Position numbers and translations under genes: made by a program. The notes beneath the pieces are model-generated. The model was not told the origin of the DNA and did not search any database. It worked only from the letters and a program-made list of their open reading frames with translations. From assembly GCA_017484005.1 (NCBI GenBank), contig JAFUTY010000013.1, positions 3,454 to 67,453 of the forward strand: DNA of 64,000 nt, written 5' to 3'. Of the stretch, positions 19,761-28,409 are shown one piece after another; positions within the stretch are counted from its first letter, which is position 1; every line of letters begins with the position of its first letter. The stretch is from Selenomonadaceae bacterium (lineage in GTDB: Bacteria > Bacillota > Negativicutes > Selenomonadales > Selenomonadaceae).

Positions 19761-20914
19761 GATTGTTACATGAATTATTAAGTGATGACGGTGCGATCTT
19801 TATTTCGATCGATGATAATGAAGTTGCAAATTTGAAATTGATCTGCAACGAGATTTTTGGAATCAATAATTTCATCGTGATGTTTACATGGCGAAGAAGA
19901 TCTGGAGCGAATGATGCTCTGAATAATGTCTCGCTCGATCATGAATATGTTGTCTGCTATTCAAAATCGAAAAAATTCTCGATGAATGGAGTCACTAAAA
20001 ATTTTGAGAAATATTCGAATCCAGATAATGATCCTCGAGGAGCATGGGTTCGAGGCGATTTAACTTGTGGAAAAACTGCAGATCAGCGACCGAATCTTTT
20101 CTATCCAATTACAGATCCAAAAACAGGAATCACTTATCAATGCAATCCAGATCATGTTTGGAGATTCGAGAGAAATCGAATGCAACAGTTGATCGAGACT
20201 GGAAAAGTTCTATTCCCTGCAGATGGAAATGGTCGCCCTGCATATAAGAGACATCAAGCGGAAGTCAGATCTGAAACCAAACCATTCAGCTCAATCATCG
20301 AAACAAAATTGAATTCAGCGGCGACTCGAGAATTGCGAGATATTTTTGGAAAGCAGGTTTTCGATTATCCAAAGACAGTTGATTTGATTCGACAGATCGT
20401 TTATCAATCAACCGATCCCGATTCGATTGTGCTCGATGCATTTGCAGGATCTGGAACGACAGCTCAATCAGTTATCGAGTTAAATCGAGAAGATCATGGA
20501 AATCGAAAATTCATTTTGATCGAGTTAATGGATTATTGCGAATCGATAACTGCTGAAAGAGTTCGTCGAATCAATGGAGATTTTTCTTTCTATGAATTAG
20601 GAGATCCAATTTTCATCGAGGACGAGATCAATCCAGATCTATCGAGAGATTTATTCCGTCGATATTTATATTTCTCGGAAACAAAAAAAGAGATCCCACC
20701 AATGAATCCCGATGAACCTACATTACTCGGAATCAATGATGGAATCGGTTATCACTTAATCGATGGAGATTTGAATTTCAATTCTCTCGCACAGATCAAA
20801 ACTCGATCAAATTCATATGTAATATATGCAGAGTCATGCACGATTTCTCAAGAGACTCGCGATCAATTCAAAATCATTTTTAGAAAAATTCCGCGCGATG
20901 TGAGGAGAATCTAA
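19427..20914 (+). CDS. Beta-class N6-adenine/N4-cytosine DNA methyltransferase, Type III Mod-like, paralog 1 (unique central TRD)
   Basis: Motif IV DPPYNTGNE lies upstream of motif I DAFAGSGTTAQ (beta-class order). The start is set at the ATG at 19427, preceded by GGAGGA; the ORF-track start at 19379 adds 16 unlikely residues. The TAA stop overlaps the next ATG by 1 nt. Confidence 0.9.
   Translation: MPNLNFVGKSKVVNHHRDVSFRFLERQYGLSENMIIHGDNLLALRSLLATHRGKIKCIYIDPPYNTGNENWIYNDNVNDPEIRSWIGKVVGDEETDLNRHDKWLCMMYPRLRLLHELLSDDGAIFISIDDNEVANLKLICNEIFGINNFIVMFTWRRRSGANDALNNVSLDHEYVVCYSKSKKFSMNGVTKNFEKYSNPDNDPRGAWVRGDLTCGKTADQRPNLFYPITDPKTGITYQCNPDHVWRFERNRMQQLIETGKVLFPADGNGRPAYKRHQAEVRSETKPFSSIIETKLNSAATRELRDIFGKQVFDYPKTVDLIRQIVYQSTDPDSIVLDAFAGSGTTAQSVIELNREDHGNRKFILIELMDYCESITAERVRRINGDFSFYELGDPIFIEDEINPDLSRDLFRRYLYFSETKKEIPPMNPDEPTLLGINDGIGYHLIDGDLNFNSLAQIKTRSNSYVIYAESCTISQETRDQFKIIFRKIPRDVRRI
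20411..20914 (+). repeat. Direct repeat copy B1 (3' block of Mod paralog 1), highly similar to 23072-23575
   Basis: Includes a 50 nt exact run (20667-20716 = 23328-23377). The first ~190 nt (motif I block) also recur in paralog 2 at about 21880-22077. Confidence 0.85.
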
Positions 20915-22077
20915 TGCTAAATTTTATCGGCAAGGATCAAGTTTCAAATCTCGAAGTAGAATATCGAAAGCTCAATCGAATCTATGGCGACAGCGATAAT
21001 CGAATCATTCACGCCGATAATTTGCTCGCGCTGAAATCTCTGATTCCAATGTATTGCGGCGAAATCAAATTGATATACATCGATCCGCCGTATAACACTG
21101 GAAACGAGGGCTGGATATATAATGACAACGCCAAAGATCCAAATCTCGCGCGATGGATTTCTCAAGTTGTCGGGAATGCAAAACTCGATCGACACGATAA
21201 ATGGCTATGCATGATGTATCCGCGACTTCGATTAATGCATGAACTTTTATCGGAAGATGGATCGCTGTGGATTTCGATTGACGATGATGAAGTCGATTAT
21301 CTGAAAGTGATTTGCGATGAGATTTTTGATCGGAAGAATTTTGTGGCACATATAATTTGGGAGAAAAAATATGCTCCTCAAAACGATGCTCGATGGCTGT
21401 CTGATAATCATGATTTCATTTTGGTTTATGCAAAGGATAAATCTCGATGGCGACCGAATCCATTGCCGCGAACTTCCGAAATGGATTCGCGATACAAAAA
21501 TCCGGACAATGATCCTCGCGGAGTTTGGAAATCGACAGATCTATCGTCGAGAGGATCTAGATTTCAATTCGCGATTCAATCTCCCACCGGAAAAATTTTC
21601 TATCCTCCAGAGGGACGTCAATGGGCTTTCGAAAAATCAAGACTCGATGAATTGCTCAAAGATAATCGAATTTGGTTTGGAAAAACTGGAAATCGAGCTC
21701 CCGCATTGAAATCATTTTTATCGGAAGTCAAACAGGGATCAGTTGCAAAAACAATCTGGACTCGCGAAGAAGTCGGTGATAATCAAGAGGCGAAACAGGA
21801 AATCAAGCGATTCAATTTCGATGAAGTATTTACAACTCCAAAACCGACGCGACTTATCAAACGAATCTTGCAACTCGCGTCGAATCGAGATTCAATTGTG
21901 TTAGATAGTTTTGCGGGATCTGGAACGACTGCTCAAGCTGTTATCGAATTGAATCGAGAGGATTCTGGATCTCGAAAATTCATCTTGATTGAATCCATGG
22001 ATTATTGCGAATCGATAACAGCCGAGCGAATTCGTCGAATCGGTGGAGATTTTTCATTCTATGAATTGGAGGATTGA
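20914..22077 (+). CDS. Beta-class DNA methyltransferase, Mod-like, paralog 2 (short form lacking the C-terminal tail)
   Basis: DPPYNTGNE and DSFAGSGTTAQ are present. The central region is homologous to paralog 3. The protein ends at ...FSFYELED, where paralogs 1 and 3 continue for about 115 aa. Confidence 0.9.
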   Translation: MLNFIGKDQVSNLEVEYRKLNRIYGDSDNRIIHADNLLALKSLIPMYCGEIKLIYIDPPYNTGNEGWIYNDNAKDPNLARWISQVVGNAKLDRHDKWLCMMYPRLRLMHELLSEDGSLWISIDDDEVDYLKVICDEIFDRKNFVAHIIWEKKYAPQNDARWLSDNHDFILVYAKDKSRWRPNPLPRTSEMDSRYKNPDNDPRGVWKSTDLSSRGSRFQFAIQSPTGKIFYPPEGRQWAFEKSRLDELLKDNRIWFGKTGNRAPALKSFLSEVKQGSVAKTIWTREEVGDNQEAKQEIKRFNFDEVFTTPKPTRLIKRILQLASNRDSIVLDSFAGSGTTAQAVIELNREDSGSRKFILIESMDYCESITAERIRRIGGDFSFYELED

Positions 22078-22081
22078 TCGA

Positions 22082-22415
22082 ATGCCAAATCTGAATTTCG
22101 TTGGAAAAAATAAAGTCGTCAATCATCATCGCGACGTGTCATTCAGATTTCTCGAACGTCAATATGGATCGAGCGAGAATATGATCATTCACGGCGATAA
22201 TCTGTTGGCACTTCGATCTCTCAACGCGATGTATCGAGGAAAGATCAAATGTATCTATATCGATCCACCTTACAATACTGGAAACGAAAATTGGATCTAT
22301 AATGACAACGTCAACGATCCAGAGATTCGAAGTTGGATTGGTAAAGTTGTTGGCGATGAAGAAACAGATCTGAATCGTCACGATAAATGGTTATGCATGA
22401 TGTATCCTCGATTGA
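22082..22415 (+). repeat. Direct repeat copy A2 (5' block of Mod paralog 3)
   Basis: See copy A1. The offset is 2655 bp. Confidence 0.9.
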
Positions 22416-23575
22416 GATTGTTGCAGGAGTTGTTGAGTGATGACGGCTCGATTTGGATTTCGATTGATGATGTTGAGATTTCAAATTTGAGAAAGATTTG
22501 TGATGAGATTTTTGGCTCGAATAATTTTGTGGCGCATGTGATTTGGGAGAAAAAATATTCGCCGCAGAATGATGCTCGATGGCTGTCTGATAATCACGAT
22601 TTCATTTTGGTTTATGCAAAGAATAAATCGATCTGGCGACCGAATTTATTGCCGAGGACTGCAGAGATGGATGCTCGATACAAAAATCCAGACAATGATC
22701 CTCGAGGAGCATGGACATCTGGAGCTTTGCAAGCTAAAAGTGGAACTGATAATTATGTTTATGAAATCACTTCTCCGACTGGAAAAAAATTTCTACCACC
22801 GACTGGCACATTCTGGAGATTTTCGAAAGATAGATTCGAAGAATTGATCGCAGATAATCGAATTTGGTTCGGTGAAGATGGAAACAATGTTCCTCGATTG
22901 AAAAGATTTTTATCAGATGTAAAACAAGGATCAGTTTCAAAAACTATTTGGAATCGAGACGAAGTTGGAGATAATCAAGAAGCAAATCGAGAGTTCAAGA
23001 GTTTCAACTTCGATCAATTCTTTGCAACTCCAAAACCTACTCGATTGATTCGCAAAATTCTTCAACTTGCATCAGATCCCGACTCAATAATTCTCGATGC
23101 ATTTGCAGGATCTGGAACGACTGCTCAATCAGTTATCGAGTTGAATCGAGAGGATTCTGGATCTCGAAAATTCATTTTGATCGAATCCATGGATTATTGC
23201 GAATCGATAACAGCGGAACGAGTTCGTCGAGTTGGCGGAGATTTCTCGTTCTATGAATTAGGAGATCCAATTTTTATCGAGGATCAATTGAATCCAAATT
23301 TATCGAGAGATCAATTTCGAAGATATCTATATTTCTCGGAAACAAAAAAAGAGATCCCACCAATGAATCCCGATGAATCAACTCTTCTCGGAATTCATGA
23401 TGGAATCGCTTATCACTTAATCGATGGAGAATTGAATCTCGATTCGCTCGCACAGATCAAAACTCGATCAAAAAGCTACATTATATATAGTGATTTGTGC
23501 CGGATCGATCAATCGGATCTCGATCGATTCAAAATCTATTTCAGAAAAATTCCGCGCGATGTTCGTCGAATGTAG
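22082..23575 (+). CDS. Beta-class DNA methyltransferase, Mod-like, paralog 3 (ends like paralog 1, centre like paralog 2)
   Basis: DPPYNTGNE and DAFAGSGTTAQ. The start is set at the ATG at 22082 (MPNLNFVGKNKVVNHH, colinear with paralog 1). The ORF-track start at 22043 would overlap paralog 2. Confidence 0.9.
   Translation: MPNLNFVGKNKVVNHHRDVSFRFLERQYGSSENMIIHGDNLLALRSLNAMYRGKIKCIYIDPPYNTGNENWIYNDNVNDPEIRSWIGKVVGDEETDLNRHDKWLCMMYPRLRLLQELLSDDGSIWISIDDVEISNLRKICDEIFGSNNFVAHVIWEKKYSPQNDARWLSDNHDFILVYAKNKSIWRPNLLPRTAEMDARYKNPDNDPRGAWTSGALQAKSGTDNYVYEITSPTGKKFLPPTGTFWRFSKDRFEELIADNRIWFGEDGNNVPRLKRFLSDVKQGSVSKTIWNRDEVGDNQEANREFKSFNFDQFFATPKPTRLIRKILQLASDPDSIILDAFAGSGTTAQSVIELNREDSGSRKFILIESMDYCESITAERVRRVGGDFSFYELGDPIFIEDQLNPNLSRDQFRRYLYFSETKKEIPPMNPDESTLLGIHDGIAYHLIDGELNLDSLAQIKTRSKSYIIYSDLCRIDQSDLDRFKIYFRKIPRDVRRM
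23072..23575 (+). repeat. Direct repeat copy B2 (3' block of Mod paralog 3)
   Basis: See copy B1. It also shares 35 nt and 32 nt exact runs with paralog 2 around 21948-22018. Confidence 0.85.
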
Positions 23576-23587
23576 GAGGTTGAAGTC

Positions 23588-26215
23588 ATGGAATTGAAGC
23601 CGTTTCAGCGTGAAATCATTGGAGATTTGAAACTCTATCTCGATTTGCTCGATCAAATGAACAATCTATCTTTTGCGTGGGAAGTTTTTCATTCGCGGAA
23701 GAAGAATCGCGACGCGCTGAATTATCAAAACACAATCGAAGGCGTGCCGCATGTCTGTGTCAAAGTTCCAACTGGCGGTGGAAAAACATTTATCGCGGCG
23801 TCTGCACTCAAAACAATTTTCGATGGAATCCCTCAGCTCGATACTCGATTCGTCATTTGGCTCGTTCCGTCAGATTCAATTCTCGAGCAGACAATTCGAA
23901 ATTTATCAAACATCGAGCATCCATATCGTCAAAAACTCGAGCAGGATTTCAATGGCAACGTTCAAATTTTTACGAAAGATGAAATGCTCCTCGGACAAAA
24001 TTTTTCACCGAGCACCGTCGATTCAAATTCATTATCGATCGGAATTTTGAGTTATAGTTCATTGCGAATCGATTCGAAGAAGAAAGATTCTCGCAAAATT
24101 TTTCAACCGAATGGAAATCTGCAGACGTTCGATGAATTTGGCGAGGAGAATTTTTTGGAAAATACTCCAGAATCTGCATTGATTCAGATAATTCGTCGAT
24201 TCAAACCAGTCGTGATAGTCGATGAATCTCACAACGCAACATCAACTTTGAGCGTCGAAATGCTATCAAATCTGAATCCGAGTTTCATTCTCGATCTCAC
24301 TGCAACTCCTCGAAAGAATAGCAACATCTTATCAATCGCAAGTCCTCTCGAATTGAAAAACGAAAGCATGGTTAAAATTCCAGTGATCGTTTACAATCGT
24401 CCCTCGACTGAAGTTGTGATCGAATATGCAATTGCACTTCAGAAAAGTCTCGAGGAGTTTGCAAAATCTGAATCGCAATATATTCGTCCAATCGTATTAT
24501 TCCAAGCTCAACCGAATATGAAATCGAAGGAATCGGAAACATTCGAGAAGATTCGCGAGAAATTGATCGCTAAAAAAATTCCAAGAGATCAAATCGCGAT
24601 CAAAACTTCAAACATCAATGAAATCGCTGGAATCGATCTGATGTCTGAAAAATGTCCGATTCGATTCATCATCACAGTCAACGCGCTCAAAGAAGGTTGG
24701 GATTGTCCTTTTGCATATGTCTTAGCATCGATCGCAAATCGAAATTCAGAAATCGATGTTGAGCAGATCGTCGGAAGAATTTTGAGACAGCCGAACGCGA
24801 CTCGATGCAAGAATAACGCGCTGAATTGCTCATATGTTTTCACGAGTTCTGATGAATTCCGTGCGACTCTCGAAAAAATTGTGAATGGATTAAACAACGC
24901 TGGATTTTCTCGAAACGATTGTCGCGTGACAGATTCCGAGGATCAATTTGAGGATCAATTCGAAGATCAGATCGAGATTCAACATGAAATTCCAAAAATC
25001 GAGACTCAAATCGAGAATCCAATTGAGACTCAATCTGAAATCGAAATTCCGCCCGAATCTGAAATCGTCGAGGATAAAATTGAAGATCAAATCGAGAATC
25101 CAGTTGAAGATCAAACTGAATCTAAAATTGATGATCAAGTTGTCGAGGAAATCAAAACTCCAATCAATGTTGAGGAGATCATTCGGCAGGCTGATGAATT
25201 AAATCGCGAGTTCAATTCAAAACCTCGAATCGAGACTCGTGATAATTCTCGACAAATTGGAATCCGTCCAGAATTTCGAGAGGAGATCGAGCATTTCAAA
25301 CTTCCGCAATTCACAATTCAAACACCGAGTCTCGCACTGTTTTCGAGCGGCGATAAATTGCTCCAGCCGACAGATTTGCTCCGAGAATTTTCACTCGAAT
25401 CCGCCGATGCAAAAATCGATTTGAGTTTCGATGCGAACATGTATCAAATCGATTTGGATAAAGGTAGCGATGGAATTCCAGCGTATCGATTGGTTTCGCA
25501 AGATGCTAAGAAATTTTTTGTCGATTATCTCAAAATTCCAAAGGATAGACGTCGCTCGAGATTTCTCGGTGAAGTCATGAAAAATCTTGATCGCGATGAT
25601 GAAATTGGATTGAATTCGATTCAAAATTATGTGCGTCGAGTGATTGATTCGATGGATGAGGATTTGATCGGAAAATATGAACAGATTCCATGGATATTTG
25701 CAAGAAAAATCCGCGATAAAATTATTTCATTGAAACGAGATTATTGCGAAAATAGATTCTATGATTTGATTGGGCGCGAAATGATTCATTGCGAAGATCA
25801 ATTTGAATTTCCAACGAGCATTTCTCTCAAAATGACAAAACCGATCAAACGATCACTGTATGAATTGGAGCAAGATGATCTGAACAATTTCGAGCGAGAA
25901 GCGGTGCGAGCGTTAATTGAGATTCCGAATGTTAAATGGTGGCATCGAAACATTTCGCGGCGAGGATTTTGTTTGAATGGATTCGAGCGTCATTATCCAG
26001 ATTTCATAATTCGACTTGAATCTGGAAAAACGATCTTACTCGAGACGAAGGGAGATCATCTCGATGGATCTGATTCGCAGAAAAAATTGAAACTCGGAAC
26101 GAAATGGGCAAATCTGAGTGGCGAGGATTTTCGATATTTCATGGTCTTTGGAAAACAGTCGATAGATGATTCGCTGACGCTCGATCAATTTTTGAATCAA
26201 ATTAGATCTCTTTGA
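23588..26215 (+). CDS. Type III restriction Res-like subunit: SF2 helicase/ATPase with C-terminal PD-(D/E)xK nuclease
   Basis: 875 aa. Motif I VPTGGGKTFIAA, motif II VIVDESHN, motif III DLTATP, motif VI QIVGRILRQP. C-terminal YPDFIIRLESGKTILLETKG (PD...ExK). GGAGG RBS. Located 12 nt after the last mod gene. Confidence 0.88.
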   Translation: MELKPFQREIIGDLKLYLDLLDQMNNLSFAWEVFHSRKKNRDALNYQNTIEGVPHVCVKVPTGGGKTFIAASALKTIFDGIPQLDTRFVIWLVPSDSILEQTIRNLSNIEHPYRQKLEQDFNGNVQIFTKDEMLLGQNFSPSTVDSNSLSIGILSYSSLRIDSKKKDSRKIFQPNGNLQTFDEFGEENFLENTPESALIQIIRRFKPVVIVDESHNATSTLSVEMLSNLNPSFILDLTATPRKNSNILSIASPLELKNESMVKIPVIVYNRPSTEVVIEYAIALQKSLEEFAKSESQYIRPIVLFQAQPNMKSKESETFEKIREKLIAKKIPRDQIAIKTSNINEIAGIDLMSEKCPIRFIITVNALKEGWDCPFAYVLASIANRNSEIDVEQIVGRILRQPNATRCKNNALNCSYVFTSSDEFRATLEKIVNGLNNAGFSRNDCRVTDSEDQFEDQFEDQIEIQHEIPKIETQIENPIETQSEIEIPPESEIVEDKIEDQIENPVEDQTESKIDDQVVEEIKTPINVEEIIRQADELNREFNSKPRIETRDNSRQIGIRPEFREEIEHFKLPQFTIQTPSLALFSSGDKLLQPTDLLREFSLESADAKIDLSFDANMYQIDLDKGSDGIPAYRLVSQDAKKFFVDYLKIPKDRRRSRFLGEVMKNLDRDDEIGLNSIQNYVRRVIDSMDEDLIGKYEQIPWIFARKIRDKIISLKRDYCENRFYDLIGREMIHCEDQFEFPTSISLKMTKPIKRSLYELEQDDLNNFEREAVRALIEIPNVKWWHRNISRRGFCLNGFERHYPDFIIRLESGKTILLETKGDHLDGSDSQKKLKLGTKWANLSGEDFRYFMVFGKQSIDDSLTLDQFLNQIRSL
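24932..25153 (+). repeat. Degenerate acidic low-complexity repeat inside res (E/D-Q-I/F-E units)
   Basis: Encodes DSEDQFEDQFEDQIEIQHEIPKIETQIENPIETQSEIEIPPESEIVEDKIEDQIENPVEDQTESKIDDQVVEEIK. The nucleotide level shows reiterated gaRgatcaaWtYga units. Confidence 0.8.
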
Positions 26216-26227
26216 GGAGTCGATCTC

Positions 26228-26548
26228 ATGAAAAAATTTTTGATCGCGCTAATTCTTTTCATCATTCCGAGCATCACTCACGCTCAAGATGTTTGGATTT
26301 ATTCTCACGACGAAATCGATTCATACATCATCGAGGAGTCAATCGTCGCGGAATCTGATTCAGTGACAGTCACGACGAAAGATGTTCAAGATGGAAGATT
26401 ATTGCGAACGATTCATTGGAAATTCGAAAATGTTTTTGATCAATGGAGATATGAAACTTCAGAAATGGATGGATTTCATACGACGGTTGTAATTGAAGAT
26501 GGATTATCTGGAAAAATTTTGCGATTCTGTTTAGATCATTCAAACTGA
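26228..26548 (+). CDS. Small secreted hypothetical protein
   Basis: 106 aa. Signal peptide MKKFLIALILFIIPSITHA/QD. GAGGAG RBS. Starts 12 nt after the res stop, and a terminator follows directly. Confidence 0.65.
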   Translation: MKKFLIALILFIIPSITHAQDVWIYSHDEIDSYIIEESIVAESDSVTVTTKDVQDGRLLRTIHWKFENVFDQWRYETSEMDGFHTTVVIEDGLSGKILRFCLDHSN

Positions 26549-26558
26549 ATCTAAAAAA

Positions 26559-26593
26559 ATCCCTTCCGAAAAAATCGGGAGGGATCTTTTTTT
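26559..26593 (+). terminator. Rho-independent terminator closing the mod-mod-mod-res-orf operon
   Basis: ATCCCTTCCG-aaaaaat-CGGGAGGGAT (10 bp including one G.U) followed by CTTTTTTT and preceded by an A7 tract. Confidence 0.85.
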
Positions 26594-26686
26594 ATTTGTG
26601 AGTGAAATCTATGAAAGGATTTCGACGTCAAAAATCAAATTAATCGAGCGAAATTATGTATCGAGAAATTGAAGGGGGGATTCATC

Positions 26687-28384
26687 TTGAACTCATTCAC
26701 AATCAAACAAAAATTGTATCTAGCTTTTGCACTGTTGATTCTGATTTTCATCGCGACAGGAATTTATGCGGAGCGAAGTTTGAATCGAATCAACGCGGGA
26801 GCAACTCAAATCGCGACGGAACATTTGCAGGGAGTCATCGAGACGACGGAACACGCTCGAACACTGGCAAAATATCGACAGAACGAATTTGCAGTTCTGA
26901 CAGCGGGATCGTTATCGTTCAAGGTTCATGCGGCGCAGCAGGCTGATCGACTCGCGCAGCAGATCGATATCGTTTTTGAATCAGCCGCGTCGCAAGTCAA
27001 AGGCGATGCAGTTGCAGATTTTCAAGACGTTCGAACTGCATGGAACAATTACAGAAAAAATTCCGAACGTGTTTTCCAGCTCGTGAAAGAGAATCAAATT
27101 TTCGAGGCGACTCGATTGGTTGAATCTAGCGATCAAGATTACATGTACATCGAATCGAAACTGCAGAAATTGCTCGATGGGCGCAAGGATTTCATTCATC
27201 AAGAAAATGTTTATGGCGAACAGCAGTATCAATCGATGCAAATCATTTTGATATCTGCGATTGGTGCGGCTGTATTGCTAGCACTTTTAATCGCTGGAGC
27301 ATTGGCAAAATCGATTTCGAAACCTATCAATAACATGATGGATGCGGCTCGAAAAATATCTCAAGGCGATTTGAGTGTCGAGATGAAAGCGATTAGCAAT
27401 GACGAACTCGGCGAATTGACTCAAGTTTATGGCGAGACAGTAAAAAATCTTCGAGAGTTGATTCGCGATATTCAATCGACGGCGGAAGATGTTTCGAATT
27501 TTGCATCGCAATTGACAGAGAATGCAAGTCAATCGGCAGTTGCAACTCAACAAGTCGCAACATCAATCGGCAACGTCGCGGAAAATGCAAATCATCAAGG
27601 CGAGGCAGTCAATCGATCGACGAATTCGATTAAAGAGATGTCAGAAATGCTTCGTGGATTCGAGGAGAAAGCAGTTGCATCGTCAAAAGCGGCAGGATCT
27701 GTCGAAGAAATCGCTGAATCTGGAAAAACTACAATCGCGCAGGCAGTAGATCAAATGTCTGTCATTGCGGATTCAGTCATGAGTTCGGCGCGAGTGATTC
27801 AACAGCTTGCGGAGCGATCTGACGAAATCGGACAGATTGTCGAAACGATCTCCGGAATTTCTGAACAGACAAATCTTTTAGCTCTCAACGCGGCGATTGA
27901 AGCGGCTCGAGCAGGAGAAGCTGGTCGAGGATTTGCAGTTGTCGCCGATGAAGTTAGAAAATTGGCTGAAGGATCTGGCGAGGCGGCTCAAAAAATCGCT
28001 GAAATGATCGAGATGATTCAAACTGATGTCAAAGCGGCAGTTCAACAGATGAATCAGGGAACAGATGTCGTTGAAGGTGGAAAGACTGCAGTTGCAGACG
28101 CTGGAAAGTCATTCGATAACATCGCGGAAGCTGTTGAAAATTTAGCTCAACATGCCGCGGCGATTCTCGAGGATGCAAAAAAATCTTCGGATCAAGTCGA
28201 ATCTTTGGTCGTCGTCATGGAATCGCTCGAGAAAAATGGAAAAGATGTTGCGGCTGAAACTGAATCAGTCTCCGCGGCGACAGAGGAACAATCGGCGTCA
28301 ATCGATGAAGTTGCAAGTGCGAGCCGTCGACTCTCGGAATTGGCTCAAGAACTTTTGAACTCGACCGCCAAATTCAAAATCTGA
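26687..28384 (+). CDS. Methyl-accepting chemotaxis protein (4-helix-bundle sensor, HAMP, MA domain)
   Basis: Highly conserved signalling hairpin [55 protein letters not shown]. The start is proposed at the TTG at 26687, 6 nt after GGGGGGA (the ORF track starts at 26669). Confidence 0.93.
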   Translation: MNSFTIKQKLYLAFALLILIFIATGIYAERSLNRINAGATQIATEHLQGVIETTEHARTLAKYRQNEFAVLTAGSLSFKVHAAQQADRLAQQIDIVFESAASQVKGDAVADFQDVRTAWNNYRKNSERVFQLVKENQIFEATRLVESSDQDYMYIESKLQKLLDGRKDFIHQENVYGEQQYQSMQIILISAIGAAVLLALLIAGALAKSISKPINNMMDAARKISQGDLSVEMKAISNDELGELTQVYGETVKNLRELIRDIQSTAEDVSNFASQLTENASQSAVATQQVATSIGNVAENANHQGEAVNRSTNSIKEMSEMLRGFEEKAVASSKAAGSVEEIAESGKTTIAQAVDQMSVIADSVMSSARVIQQLAERSDEIGQIVETISGISEQTNLLALNAAIEAARAGEAGRGFAVVADEVRKLAEGSGEAAQKIAEMIEMIQTDVKAAVQQMNQGTDVVEGGKTAVADAGKSFDNIAEAVENLAQHAAAILEDAKKSSDQVESLVVVMESLEKNGKDVAAETESVSAATEEQSASIDEVASASRRLSELAQELLNSTAKFKI

Positions 28385-28409
28385 TTCAAAATCTGAGGAG
28401 GTGCTCACG

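Noticed and set aside
22043-22081. ORF-track start of Mod paralog 3 at 22043, overlapping paralog 2.
   Set aside because: The ATG at 22082 gives an N-terminus colinear with paralog 1 (MPNLNFVGK.KVVNHH). The 13 extra residues have no counterpart.
24840-25202. Three overlapping ORFs on both strands (24840-25022 -, 24890-25138 -, 24948-25202 +) inside res.
   Set aside because: Their translations are low-complexity (K/L/I/S/R runs) generated by the acidic repeat of res in other frames. They are shadow ORFs.
19298-26600. Possibility that the R-M locus is a mobile island (flanking repeats, integrase, transposase).
   Set aside because: No integrase, transposase or recombinase ORF and no flanking direct or inverted repeats were found by eye. 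Only a short AATCCA..TGGATT palindrome at about 19360-19380 was seen, which is too weak to call.
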